Numbered from the stretch's first letter, positions 1 through 9,381 are shown. The stretch: DNA of 64,000 nucleotides from Acidimicrobiia bacterium (GCA_051011415.1 JBPCTY010000147.1:8405-72404), one strand, 5' to 3'. Numbers and translations: made by a program. Notes: generated by a model not told the origin, from the sequence alone.

Positions 1-453
1 GTGCACCACGAAGCCGAGCTAGCGATCGTGATCGGCAAGGTCGCACGAAACGTTGCTCCGGAGGACGCGGCCCAACACATCCTCGGCTACACAGCGGCGA
101 ACGATGTCACCGCACGGGACCTGCAACGATCGGACGGTCAGTGGACGAGAGCGAAGGGCTTCGACACTTTCTGCCCTCTCGGTCCTGCGATCGACACCGA
201 ATTCGATCCGAATGAGGGTCAAGCGATCACCTGCTCGGTCAATGATCAGCTGCGACAGGACGGCAATACAGGGGATCTGGTGTTCGGTGTTGCAGATCTC
301 GTCGCCTTCGTCTCGTCGGTGATGACGTTGCTGCCCGGCGATGTGATCCTGACCGGCACTCCCGCAGGCGTTGGCCCAATCGCTGCCGGGGATCGGGTCG
401 AGGTTGAGATCGACGGAATCGGTGTGCTGTTCAACCCGGTGGTGGCAACATGA
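1..453 (+). CDS. FAH-family hydrolase/isomerase (fumarylacetoacetate hydrolase fold), C-terminal fragment; the 5' end lies outside the window
   Basis: The ORF is open from base 1. FAH-type motifs are present (HEAELAIVIGK, GYTAANDVTARD, KGFDTFCPLGP, LLPGDVILTGTPAGVG). Its stop overlaps the gltX start (ATGA at 450-453). Confidence 0.8.
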   Translation: MHHEAELAIVIGKVARNVAPEDAAQHILGYTAANDVTARDLQRSDGQWTRAKGFDTFCPLGPAIDTEFDPNEGQAITCSVNDQLRQDGNTGDLVFGVADLVAFVSSVMTLLPGDVILTGTPAGVGPIAAGDRVEVEIDGIGVLFNPVVAT

Positions 454-1898
454 CCGTTCGCGTCAGATTCGCCCCCTCGCCGACGGGTTATCTCCACGTC
501 GGATCGGCTCGCACGGCTCTGTACAACTATCTCTTCGCGAAGAGCAACGGTGGTTCGTTCATTCTCCGTTCGGATGACACTGATCAGGCCCGCTCCTCGG
601 AAGAGTTCCAATCTGACATTCTCGAGCATCTTGATTGGCTCGATCTGCCATGGGACGAAGGCTTTGCCAAGGGTGGCGATCACGGTTCGTATAGGCAGTC
701 CGACAGATTCGACCGGTACGCGGAGGTCGCCCACCAGCTTGTCGAGGATGGCTGGGCTTACTACTCGTTTGCATCACCCGAAGATCTAGAAGACTTCAAG
801 AAGGCTGCTCGTGAGGCAGGGACATCCCCGGCGTACGACGGGTCCCGCGAGCCGTCGCGCGAAGAAGTGTCACGCCTTCTTGCCTCTGGCACAAAGGCTG
901 TCGTTCGATTCAAGGTGCCTCGGCCGGGAGAAACCGCGTTCAACGACCTTGTCCGTGGCGACATGCTGTTCGATCATGCTCAGGTCGATGACTTTGTCAT
1001 CTTGCGGTCCGATGGGTCGCCGACCTACCACCTTGCCTCAACCGTCGACGACGTGGACTACGGCATCACACACGTGATCCGGGGCGAGGACCTCCTGTCC
1101 TCTACGCCGAAACACATCCTCCTCACGCAGGCGATGGGTGCAGATGCGGCAACGTATGCACACCTGTCGCTCCTGATGGGCCCCGATGGCAAGAAGCTGT
1201 CGAAGCGGCACGGCGACACTGCGATGAGCGCATATCGTGAAGCGGGCTATTTGCCCGAAGCGATGAACAACTACCTTGCGTTGCTCGGTTGGTCGGGCGG
1301 CGAGGAGGAGGACATCATTAGACGGTCGGACATGGTGTCCCGCTTCGACATTGATGATGTCTCCAAGAATCCGGCGATCTTTGACCCAAAGAAGCTCGAG
1401 TGGATGAACGGTGTCTATATCAGGGACATGTCAGACGACAGCTTCACCAACAGCGTCACTGCGCTGGTTGAAGCCGATCTTGGCCAACCGTTGACCACAC
1501 AGCAGTCTGACCGTTTGGCGGCGATCATTCCGCATGTGAAGGAACGCACCAAGCTGCTCACGGATGTGCCCGATCAAACACGATTCTTGATGGGGGATCT
1601 TGAGGGATACGACGAGAGTTCCTGGTCGAAGGCCGTTGACAGTCCGGAAGGCGCTGCCGCGCTTGACGGCGCGATCGCAGCGCTCGAACAGGTCGACCCG
1701 TGGACCACTGACCTGATCGACGATGCGCTACGAGGAATGCTTGCCGAGCAGGGCCTTTCGGCCCGCAAAGGTTTGCAACCGATCCGCGTTGCGATTTCCG
1801 GGTCCACTGTGAGCCCTCCGCTGTTCGAATCACTTGAGGTGCTCGGTAGGGAACAGTCCCTCAGTCGTCTCATTGCTGCTCGGTCGCATCTTGGCTGA
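450..1898 (+). CDS. gltX: Glutamate--tRNA ligase
   Basis: 482 aa. It carries the class I HIGH-type motif (PSPTGYLHVGSARTA) and a KMSKS-type motif (KLSKRHG). tRNA-Gln and tRNA-Glu follow it. Confidence 0.95.
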   Translation: MTVRVRFAPSPTGYLHVGSARTALYNYLFAKSNGGSFILRSDDTDQARSSEEFQSDILEHLDWLDLPWDEGFAKGGDHGSYRQSDRFDRYAEVAHQLVEDGWAYYSFASPEDLEDFKKAAREAGTSPAYDGSREPSREEVSRLLASGTKAVVRFKVPRPGETAFNDLVRGDMLFDHAQVDDFVILRSDGSPTYHLASTVDDVDYGITHVIRGEDLLSSTPKHILLTQAMGADAATYAHLSLLMGPDGKKLSKRHGDTAMSAYREAGYLPEAMNNYLALLGWSGGEEEDIIRRSDMVSRFDIDDVSKNPAIFDPKKLEWMNGVYIRDMSDDSFTNSVTALVEADLGQPLTTQQSDRLAAIIPHVKERTKLLTDVPDQTRFLMGDLEGYDESSWSKAVDSPEGAAALDGAIAALEQVDPWTTDLIDDALRGMLAEQGLSARKGLQPIRVAISGSTVSPPLFESLEVLGREQSLSRLIAARSHLG

Positions 1899-2277
1899 AG
1901 TACCTGCAGACGCGACAATCACCTTCCTTCCTTGCAGCGACCTCGGTGCGAGCCGGGAGTTCTACGAGGCGGTGCTCGGGTTGCAGCTTGTTGCAGATCA
2001 GGGAACGTGTTTGATCTTCAAGGCCTCTGCCGACGGCTTCGTTGGGGTATGCACTCGTGCAAACCCAGACCCCGGCGACGGAATCATTGTCACGCTTGTC
2101 GCAGACGATGTCGACAGATGGTGCAACGAGATCGTTCATCGGGGCGGTGTCCTTGCATCGGGTCCGGAGCACAGCGACTCCTATCCGATCTACCACGCGT
2201 TCATCGCTGATCCCGATGGAAACCTCGTCGAAATCCAGCGCTTCGATGACCCGGACTGGGCGACAGCCGCTATCTGA
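1834..2277 (+). CDS. VOC (glyoxalase/bleomycin-resistance/dioxygenase) family protein
   Basis: A single VOC beta-alpha-beta module (SREFYEAVLGLQL ... HAFIADPDGNLVEI). Coordinates are the maximal ORF. The true start is probably an in-frame TTG at 1873 or 1891, because the 5' end overlaps gltX. Confidence 0.65.
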   Translation: MRCSVGNSPSVVSLLLGRILAEVPADATITFLPCSDLGASREFYEAVLGLQLVADQGTCLIFKASADGFVGVCTRANPDPGDGIIVTLVADDVDRWCNEIVHRGGVLASGPEHSDSYPIYHAFIADPDGNLVEIQRFDDPDWATAAI

Positions 2278-2294
2278 CCTTCTCCGAGGCGTTG

Positions 2295-2324
2295 TTGCCA
2301 ATAGAGAGGTCCAGCACGTATCCT
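2295..2324 (+). promoter_or_regulatory. Candidate promoter for the tRNA-Gln/tRNA-Glu pair
   Basis: TTGCCA (2295-2300), an 18-nt spacer, then TATCCT (2319-2324, TANNNT type), ending 12 nt before tRNA-Gln. Based on sequence pattern only. Confidence 0.3.
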
Positions 2325-2335
2325 TGCCGACGCCT

Positions 2336-2407
2336 TCGGGGATGGTGTAATTGGCAACACGCCTGGTTCTGGTCCAGACATTGAGGGTTCAAGTCCTTCT
2401 CCCCGAG
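2336..2407 (+). tRNA. tRNA-Gln (anticodon CTG)
   Basis: Hand-folded cloverleaf. Acceptor stem UCGGGGA/UCCCCGA, D stem GUGU/ACAC, anticodon loop UU-CUG-GU, T arm GAGGG-UUCAAGU-CCUUC, discriminator G. No CCA is encoded. Confidence 0.9.
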
Positions 2408-2428
2408 CTGGCAGATATCTGCCGAAAT

Positions 2429-2504
2429 GGCCCCGTCGTCTAGCGGCCTAGGACGCTGCCCTCTCAAGGCAGTAGCGCCGGTTCAAATCCGGTCGGGGCT
2501 ACCA
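2429..2504 (+). tRNA. tRNA-Glu (anticodon CTC), CCA encoded
   Basis: Cloverleaf with the typical tRNA-Glu D arm (UCGUCUAGCGGCCUAGGAC), anticodon stem-loop CUGCC-CU-CUC-AA-GGCAG, T loop UUCAAAU, and a 3' ACCA. Confidence 0.9.
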
Positions 2505-2508
2505 CACA

Positions 2509-2538
2509 AAGACCCCCTGTCATCTGGCAGGGGGTCTT
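2509..2538 (+). terminator. Stem-loop directly after tRNA-Glu (probable terminator or processing hairpin)
   Basis: A perfect 11-bp stem, AAGACCCCCUG (2509-2519) pairing with CAGGGGGUCUU (2528-2538), and an 8-nt loop. The U-tract is weak. Confidence 0.55.
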
Positions 2539-2585
2539 GTGCTTGGCTGAGTCGGGTGCAGCGTCACCGGTACGCTGTTCAGGTG

Positions 2586-4034
2586 ATGGGTGTGGCTTGT
2601 TTTCGTCGGACAGTGGTGGGCTTTGTTGTGCTTGCCATTGGGCTCAGTGTGCTGATAGCCGCAGCCCCGTCTGCATCCGCTGGCGACCATCCCGATGCAA
2701 CGGCAGTAGTCGATGGCTCCCAGGGGATCTGGTACCTCAGAGACGGTGCATCAGAGGCCACCACATCGTTCTACTACGGCAACCCTGGCGACGAGCCGTT
2801 CCTAGGCGACTGGGACTGTGATGGCGAAGACACCCCCGGTCTGTATCGACGATCCGATGGGTACGTGTACCTTCGCAACTCGAACACGCAGGGCATCGCC
2901 GATGTCGCCTTCTTCTTTGGAGATCCAGGCGATGTCCCACTTCCCGGTGACTTCAATGGTGATGGTTGCGACACCGTGTCGCTGTATCGCCCTTCGAACG
3001 GTCGTTTCTACGTCATCAACAAACTTGGTCAGGGAGATGAGGGTCTCGGGGCTGCAGAGGCCGACTACGCCTTCGGAAATCCAAGCGATACGCCATTTGC
3101 CGGTGACTTCGACGGTGATGGAATCGACACGTTCGGCCTCCATCGGCGTCTCACAGGCGAGGTCTTCCTGCGCAACGCACATGCGGGCGGGGCTGCGGAC
3201 GTCTCCTTCGTTTACGGAGACCGAGGTGACAGGGTCGTCGCAGGAAAGTGGGTAGGTGACGCAGACACCGTCGGGCTGTATCGGCCCTCGACTGGCACGT
3301 TCTTCCTTCGATACACCAACGATCCCGGGCCCGCTGATACCCAGCACCAATATGGGGGCCGCGAGTTCACGCCGATTGCAGGCAGCTTCCGGTTGCCAGG
3401 TGGGACGGATGCGCCGCCAGTCAACGCCCCCTATATGGTCGCCGACTACACCACCTATCACGGGGCCGGTGAAGATCGCAATATCAATATCAACCTGATC
3501 GCAGACATGGTCGACGGAGCGGTGGTTCTTCCAGGAGAAGTCTTCTCACTGAACGACCACGTCGGGCAGCGAACCGTTGAAAAGGGTTTCGTTCCTGCTG
3601 GTGCAATCATCGGCGGGAAGATCTATTGCTGCGACCACCCGGCGAACATCGGTGGCGGCACATCCCAGTTTGCGACCACCCTCTACAACGCCATCTTCTT
3701 CGGCGGCTACGAGGACGTGTACCACCGACCCCACTCCCTGTACTTCAACCGCTACCCGGTGGTGAGGGAGGCGACTCTGGGTTTTCCCGGCCCTGACGTG
3801 TCGTTCCGCAACGACACAGCCTTCCCGGTCACGATCCGCACGGGACACACGTCAACCGCGATCACCGTTCAGCTGTGGGGGGACAACGAGGGACGTATCG
3901 TCGAAACCTCGACGGTTGGTGAGGTGACATCGGACGGCGGCGGTAAGGCCACGGTCTATCGGACGATCATCTCAGCGAACGGTTCCTATCGCGTGCAACA
4001 GTGGACCCACACATACAGGGTGCCGCTCGAGTGA
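2586..4034 (+). CDS. Secreted protein: four FG-GAP/VCBS-like Ca-binding repeats plus a C-terminal VanW domain
   Basis: Start refined to the ATG at 2586, because the upstream part of the ORF overlaps tRNA-Glu. Signal peptide (VLAIGLSVLIAAAPSASA). Repeats follow the pattern GDxxGDGxDTxGLYR. The VanW core is LPGEVFSLNDHVG...CCDHPANIGGGTSQFATTLYNA. Confidence 0.8.
   Translation: MGVACFRRTVVGFVVLAIGLSVLIAAAPSASAGDHPDATAVVDGSQGIWYLRDGASEATTSFYYGNPGDEPFLGDWDCDGEDTPGLYRRSDGYVYLRNSNTQGIADVAFFFGDPGDVPLPGDFNGDGCDTVSLYRPSNGRFYVINKLGQGDEGLGAAEADYAFGNPSDTPFAGDFDGDGIDTFGLHRRLTGEVFLRNAHAGGAADVSFVYGDRGDRVVAGKWVGDADTVGLYRPSTGTFFLRYTNDPGPADTQHQYGGREFTPIAGSFRLPGGTDAPPVNAPYMVADYTTYHGAGEDRNININLIADMVDGAVVLPGEVFSLNDHVGQRTVEKGFVPAGAIIGGKIYCCDHPANIGGGTSQFATTLYNAIFFGGYEDVYHRPHSLYFNRYPVVREATLGFPGPDVSFRNDTAFPVTIRTGHTSTAITVQLWGDNEGRIVETSTVGEVTSDGGGKATVYRTIISANGSYRVQQWTHTYRVPLE
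2769..3389 (+). repeat. Four tandem repeats of about 50 aa each inside the CDS (FG-GAP/VCBS-like)
   Basis: The repeat unit FGxPGDxPxxGD[WF][DN]GDGxDTxGLYRxSxGxFxLR occurs four times (aa 115-321 of the 2427 ORF frame). Confidence 0.6.
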
Positions 4035-4101
4035 TCCATCATCTCGATCGATGAGATCGGTGCCGGTCAGGCAGTAGGGTGCCGTCGATGGAGAACGCAT
4101 C

Positions 4102-5409
4102 ATGAATGTCGGAGCCCTTCTGCTCGCAGGCCTCTTCATCGTCTATGCGCTGTTCAGCCGGAGCCTCAGTCGCAGCTCGGTGACCGGTCCGATGCTGTTT
4201 GCGGGTGCGGGTCTTCTCGTAGGGGTCGATCTTCTCGGGAGCGGGGTCAGCGTCGAGGCGTTTCGCGTTGAAGTCAACAGCCATGTGATCCAGCTTCTGC
4301 TGGAGGGAACGCTTGCGATCATCCTCTTTTCGGATGCGGTGATGATCGACTACAAGGCTGTCCGCAAGGAAGCCTCGCTCCCTGGCCGGCTGCTCGGCAT
4401 CGGTCTCCCGCTCACCATCGCCCTGGGGACAGTTGTTGCCCTCCTGCTGTTCCCTGATCTGGGATTCTGGGGAGCGGCTGTTATTGCAATCATTCTTGCG
4501 CCGACCGACGCTGCCTTGGGGCAGGCCGTGGTGTCGAATGAGGATGTACCAGACATGGTGCGCCAGGGTCTCGGCGTCGAGAGTGGATTGAACGACGGCA
4601 TCGCGGTGCCCTTTCTTGCGATTGCCGTTGCTGGGGCTGCCAATGAGATGCAGAGTGCCGGCGAGATCGCCACGGTGTTCATCGAAGAAATCGGGCTTGC
4701 GATCGTCATTGGCCTCGCCGTCGGCCTCGCGGGTGCGTTTCTCGTGAAGAAGGCCTCCGGATTCGGGTGGACCGGCAGGGAAGGTCGTCAGGTACTCATC
4801 GTCTTTCTTGCGATTCTGTCCTTTGCACTCGCTGACGGCGTCGGTGGCTCCGGGTTCATTGCTGCATTTGTTGGTGGGCTTGCGTTCGGTTCAAAGGTGC
4901 GCAGGGAGTATCCAGATATCTGCCACTTTTCGGAGGGCACAGCACACCTTCTCGCAATGCTCTCGTTCTTTGTGTTCGGGGCACTCATCCTGGGCCCTGT
5001 TGTTGAATTGATCGAGTGGCGAACCGTCGTCTATGCGATTCTCAGTCTCACGATCGTGAGAATGATCCCGGTTGCGCTGGCGCTCCTGCGCACCGGACTC
5101 AGGTGGCCGACCGTGGGGTTCATCGGCTGGTTCGGGCCGAGGGGTCTGGCATCTCTCGTGTTCATCGGAACGATTGTCCTTGATACTGCGCCTGGTGACT
5201 CGCGGGACATCGTTGCGGTTGGGGCGACCACTGTCGGGCTATCGATTCTTCTTCATGGCGTGACCGCATGGCCTGGGTCGAGACGCTATGCAGAATGGAT
5301 CAGGCGTACTGACGAGGCCATGGATGAGGGTCGAATGACCGAGAACGATGACGTTGGGGAGATGCCACCGATGCCGCAGCGCGGTGACCTCAAGAACCCG
5401 ATGGCCTGA
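4102..5409 (+). CDS. Cation:proton antiporter (Na+/H+ exchanger family, NhaP/CPA1-like)
   Basis: 435 aa and polytopic. It has Na_H_Exchanger-type segments, including ILAPTDAALGQAVVSN. Confidence 0.8.
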   Translation: MNVGALLLAGLFIVYALFSRSLSRSSVTGPMLFAGAGLLVGVDLLGSGVSVEAFRVEVNSHVIQLLLEGTLAIILFSDAVMIDYKAVRKEASLPGRLLGIGLPLTIALGTVVALLLFPDLGFWGAAVIAIILAPTDAALGQAVVSNEDVPDMVRQGLGVESGLNDGIAVPFLAIAVAGAANEMQSAGEIATVFIEEIGLAIVIGLAVGLAGAFLVKKASGFGWTGREGRQVLIVFLAILSFALADGVGGSGFIAAFVGGLAFGSKVRREYPDICHFSEGTAHLLAMLSFFVFGALILGPVVELIEWRTVVYAILSLTIVRMIPVALALLRTGLRWPTVGFIGWFGPRGLASLVFIGTIVLDTAPGDSRDIVAVGATTVGLSILLHGVTAWPGSRRYAEWIRRTDEAMDEGRMTENDDVGEMPPMPQRGDLKNPMA

Positions 5410-5429
5410 CCGGTTGCCCGGCGGCTGGA

Positions 5430-6143
5430 TCAAATGACTGCTGAGCCCCACACAGGGACGAAGGCGCCGTTGATGACCTTTGAGTCCTCGCTTGCGACGA
5501 AGTTGATCACATCGGCGATTTCCTGTGGCTGCGGCCAATTCACGTAGTCCGCATAGGGAAGCGCTGCCCTCGTTGCATCCGTATTGATCACTGAAGGCAG
5601 CAAGGCGTTGCACGTCGTGTTGGTGTCCAACAGCTCGATTGCAACCGACTTGGCAAGCGCAAGGACGCCAGCCTTTGCGACGTTATATGCGGCTTGGCCG
5701 GCGGGGGAGTCGAGTGCATGCTTGGACCCCATGAGGACGATGCGACCCCAGTCCTTGGACATGTACGGGATGGAGGCGCGAGAGCTGTTCCATGCCGTGC
5801 GGAGGTTGAGATCGAGCATTCGGTCGAGTCGGATGTCGTCCGTCTCAGCGACGTCGCGACCTCCGGCCCAGCCTCCGACAAGAGATGCCATGACGTTGAT
5901 GTCGCCCCATGCGTCCGACGCTTCGGCCATGAACCCATTGACGGCGTCAGCGTCGGTGCAATCGACACGTCGCAGGATCAAGCGGTCCTCATCGAGATCG
6001 AGTGCGGATTCGAGCGCCGTCGCCTCATCCGGGATCAGATAGGTGACGGCGACCTTGAACCCGCGGTCGATCAACTGTGGAACGAGACACCGACCGACCG
6101 AGCCGGTCCCTCCGGGAATTACCGCAACATTGGCTTCAGACAT
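5430..6143 (-). CDS. SDR-family oxidoreductase
   Basis: Gly-rich NAD(P) motif GGTGSVG and catalytic YNVAKAG (YxxxK). A GGAGGT RBS lies upstream of the ATG. Confidence 0.8.
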   Translation of the reverse strand: MSEANVAVIPGGTGSVGRCLVPQLIDRGFKVAVTYLIPDEATALESALDLDEDRLILRRVDCTDADAVNGFMAEASDAWGDINVMASLVGGWAGGRDVAETDDIRLDRMLDLNLRTAWNSSRASIPYMSKDWGRIVLMGSKHALDSPAGQAAYNVAKAGVLALAKSVAIELLDTNTTCNALLPSVINTDATRAALPYADYVNWPQPQEIADVINFVASEDSKVINGAFVPVWGSAVI

Positions 6144-6254
6144 ACCTCCACATTAGCTCGGACGTCCGATCTGGCAGGTGGTGGCTACGATCTAACTCAC
6201 GAGAGGCGGTCGTGGTAATCTCTGCCTACTTAGATTTGTACGGAAGGGGCCTGT

Positions 6255-7472
6255 ATGGCGTCCATCACACTTGAGGACATCGGAAAGATCTATCCAGACG
6301 GAACCCGCGCGGTCGGTTCGGTTTACCTCACTGTTCAGGATGGTGAGTTCCTGGTTCTTGTCGGCCCATCGGGTTGTGGCAAGTCGACGGTGCTCCGGAT
6401 GATCGCCGGTCTTGAGGACATCACCGAAGGGAAGATGTCCATCGGTGAGAAGGTCGTCAACGACATTCCTCCGAAGGACAGGGACATCGCGATGGTGTTC
6501 CAGAACTATGCCCTCTACCCCCACATGTCCGTGTACGACAACATGGCGTTCGGGCTCAAGCTTCGCAAGATGTCGAAGGACGAGATCGACCGAAGGGTCA
6601 AAGAGGCTGCGGAAATCCTTGAGATCACTGAGTTCCTGGATCGCAAGCCGAAGGCCCTCTCTGGTGGTCAGCGGCAGCGTGTTGCCATGGGTCGTGCCAT
6701 TGTGCGTGAGCCGAAGGCCTTCCTCATGGATGAGCCTCTCTCCAACCTCGATGCCAAGCTGAGGGTGCAGATGCGTACCGAGCTCGGGCGTCTACACCAT
6801 CGGCTGTCAACTACAACCGTCTATGTCACGCATGACCAGGTCGAAGCCATGACCCTCGGGCACCGGGTGGCGGTGCTTCGACCGGTTTCCGCAAAGCGAC
6901 CGTACAACCTTCAGCAGGTTGCACCTCCGACAGAATTGTTCAACAACCCGGCCAACTTGTTTGTTGCAGGGTTCATCGGCTCACCAGCCATGAACATGGT
7001 CTACGGAACGCTCACCGACAACGGCGACTCAGTCTCACTTGGCTTCGCTGGCAGGACGGTCACAGTGGCGCAGGCTGCGCTCGATGCGCACCCTGGGATC
7101 GATGCGTATTACGGGAAACAGGTCGTCGTCGGAATTCGCCCATCGGCGCTTGAGGATGCACGAGTAGTTGTCGAGGACCCGGATCACACGATCACCGTCA
7201 CGACTGATGTGAATGAGTTGCTCGGATCCGAGTCCTATGTGCACTTCGTGCTTGATACGGCACCGGTGATCACACCGGATATTGAGGAACTGCTCGCTGA
7301 CTCGGGAACCGACGCCGCATCTCTCGGCGATACGACGAAGTTCACCGCTCGAGTGAGCGCGGATGTGCCTGTGCCAGACGGGTCAACCGTTGATCTGGTC
7401 CTCGACACAACGAAGCTTCACTTCTTCGATGAGGACACATCGGACAAGATCGGCTATTCCGCCAACGACTAG
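6255..7472 (+). CDS. ABC sugar-import ATPase, MalK/UgpC/MsiK type, with no adjacent permease or binding protein
   Basis: Walker A GPSGCGKST, signature LSGGQRQR, Walker B FLMDEPLSNLD, and a C-terminal TOBE/MalK-like regulatory domain. Confidence 0.85.
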   Translation: MASITLEDIGKIYPDGTRAVGSVYLTVQDGEFLVLVGPSGCGKSTVLRMIAGLEDITEGKMSIGEKVVNDIPPKDRDIAMVFQNYALYPHMSVYDNMAFGLKLRKMSKDEIDRRVKEAAEILEITEFLDRKPKALSGGQRQRVAMGRAIVREPKAFLMDEPLSNLDAKLRVQMRTELGRLHHRLSTTTVYVTHDQVEAMTLGHRVAVLRPVSAKRPYNLQQVAPPTELFNNPANLFVAGFIGSPAMNMVYGTLTDNGDSVSLGFAGRTVTVAQAALDAHPGIDAYYGKQVVVGIRPSALEDARVVVEDPDHTITVTTDVNELLGSESYVHFVLDTAPVITPDIEELLADSGTDAASLGDTTKFTARVSADVPVPDGSTVDLVLDTTKLHFFDEDTSDKIGYSAND

Positions 7473-7488
7473 CGCCGAGGTCTGTTCC

Positions 7489-8619
7489 TCATCGTGCGTC
7501 GATGTCGTGATCAGTCGTGTCGATAGTGATTCCAACCTGATCCAGCTCTGGCAGTAGCTCGCGTCCATCGACTGCTTCCTGCATTGCATACACGCCTGGT
7601 CGCAAGACAGCACCCGTGACGATGAGGTGTGCGAGGGCTGTCGCCGGGAAGGCGGTCGTCCTTGCCAACGCCGAAAAGGCGCCGTGTGCGCGGTCGTCGA
7701 TCTCCATTGTGGTGCGAGATCCGTCCTGATCCCTCCATACGCGAACGAGCACAACGTCTGGTTGATCTCTCGGAAGCGATCGGTTCAATGCGCCGAGCAG
7801 CACGGTGCGTGGTGCGACCTCGGCTGAATCTGTGCGTCGGATGGTCTCGTCGAACAAGCCAAGTTCGTACATGCCGCGGAACACTGCGCCATGACCTGGA
7901 TATCGAAGAGTCTTGTACTCGAGCGATTGCACCCGATCCTCATGGTGGATGCACATCGTGGATGTTCCACCAGCGGTTGAGAATGCCTCGAGTGGACCCC
8001 AGCCAGGCCATGAAACGTCCTCGAATCGCGAGAGAGGCTCGACGGTGGCATGTCGACCGCGCTCGATCACCTCGCAGGGTTCTGCGTACTCATTGATGAG
8101 TCCAGCAGCGTTGAAGGCCAGCTGGTAGGCCAGTTCGCCGCTCGGCGCCTGGGGGAGGGCGCCGACCCGCATCTGGACTGAATCGATCGGTCCGTCGGCA
8201 GCTTTCGAGATCAGATGCTCGGCCATCACGTTGGCTAGCCCGGGGGCGAGGCCGCAGTCGGGAACGATCATGACACCGTTTTCGACAGCATCACTGTGCA
8301 TTCGTCGTTGCGCAGCTACGACAGTCGGGTTTCCCCCGAAGTCCAGGTAGTGGCATCCAGCGCTGAGTGCGGCTGAAGCGACGGCGTAGCCGTAGCGATA
8401 GGGGATTGCGGATACCACCACATCGTGGAGTGACATCAGATCGGTGAGATCTGCTCCATCGTTGACATCGATGACGACCGGTGTCGCACCGTAGGCGTTT
8501 GCAATCGCTTCGACTGACCCTGGGGAAGCATCGCCGACAGTGACGTCATGCCCGCGGCGGCGAAGGTCCCAGGTAGCAGCTGAGCCGACGATGCCGGCTC
8601 CGAGAACCAATACTGACAT
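7489..8619 (-). CDS. Saccharopine dehydrogenase-family NAD(P)-binding protein
   Basis: N-terminal Rossmann motif VLVLGAGIVGSA. The length (376 aa) and C-terminal domain are typical of the saccharopine dehydrogenase family. Confidence 0.7.
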   Translation of the reverse strand: MSVLVLGAGIVGSAATWDLRRRGHDVTVGDASPGSVEAIANAYGATPVVIDVNDGADLTDLMSLHDVVVSAIPYRYGYAVASAALSAGCHYLDFGGNPTVVAAQRRMHSDAVENGVMIVPDCGLAPGLANVMAEHLISKAADGPIDSVQMRVGALPQAPSGELAYQLAFNAAGLINEYAEPCEVIERGRHATVEPLSRFEDVSWPGWGPLEAFSTAGGTSTMCIHHEDRVQSLEYKTLRYPGHGAVFRGMYELGLFDETIRRTDSAEVAPRTVLLGALNRSLPRDQPDVVLVRVWRDQDGSRTTMEIDDRAHGAFSALARTTAFPATALAHLIVTGAVLRPGVYAMQEAVDGRELLPELDQVGITIDTTDHDIDAR

Positions 8620-8628
8620 TTGTCCTCC

Positions 8629-9381
8629 CTATGGTGTGAGACGCTTGAAGACCTCAGCTGGTCCGACTCCAAACGGAGCTCCAGCCTGAACGTGCCACTC
8701 ATGGATCCGGGCTCTGAATGCAGCAAGTTCTTGCGCGCCATCGGATGCGTCGCCCATTGTGGTGTGTACCTGCGAGGAGTGGTGGAGCAGCGCTTCAAGT
8801 TTTCGTTGTGCGTAGGCATCGGTCACTTCCTCGGCGTGGTCGGGAGCGTCGGCGGACCAGAGGAGGAGTGCAATCGGCCGATGGGCAGCCAAGTCCGAGT
8901 CGAGCATTGCCAGCGGTTCTCTGGCGGACACCACAGCATCGACGGCACTTATCCCCGTCGCACGATGATCCGGGTGCATTTGGTATCGCTGCCATGGGTC
9001 GTGCGTGAGCACATAGTCGGGTTTCGTCGTGCGAATGATCTTCGCGAACTGCAGACGGAGCTTCATGGATGCCTCCAGCTCACCATCTACGTGCCCGAGG
9101 TGCACGAATGAAGTCGCACCCATCACTTCGCCCGACGCCGCTTGCTCAGCCTTCCGTCTTTCGATCAGGTCGGCGGCTCGTTCGCTTGGATCCCAACTGC
9201 CCTTGGAGCCGTCGGTCGTGATGCACATTGTGACGTCAGCTCCCTCATCTGCCCAGCGCGACAAGGTCGCTCCAGCGCCGAACTCAGCGTCGTCTGGATG
9301 CGCACCGATGGTGAGGACCCTCTCTGGGGTGGGGAGTGGCGTTGCTACCAGCGAGAATTCGTCGTAGAGGTTGGATGACAT
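8629..9381 (-). CDS. PIG-L/LmbE-family deacetylase
   Basis: AHPDDAEFG zinc-binding motif near the N-terminus and a later HPDH motif. The start abuts the cofC stop with no gap. Confidence 0.8.
   Translation of the reverse strand: MSSNLYDEFSLVATPLPTPERVLTIGAHPDDAEFGAGATLSRWADEGADVTMCITTDGSKGSWDPSERAADLIERRKAEQAASGEVMGATSFVHLGHVDGELEASMKLRLQFAKIIRTTKPDYVLTHDPWQRYQMHPDHRATGISAVDAVVSAREPLAMLDSDLAAHRPIALLLWSADAPDHAEEVTDAYAQRKLEALLHHSSQVHTTMGDASDGAQELAAFRARIHEWHVQAGAPFGVGPAEVFKRLTP

Noticed and set aside
2427-2585. An N-terminal extension of the VanW/FG-GAP ORF back to 2427
   Set aside because: This part of the ORF is the tRNA-Glu gene and its terminator hairpin. A proper signal peptide begins at the ATG at 2586.
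4035-4101. The short inverted repeat ATCTC-GATCGAT-GAGAT after the VanW gene as a terminator
   Set aside because: It has only about 5 bp of stem and no U-tract, which is too weak to call.
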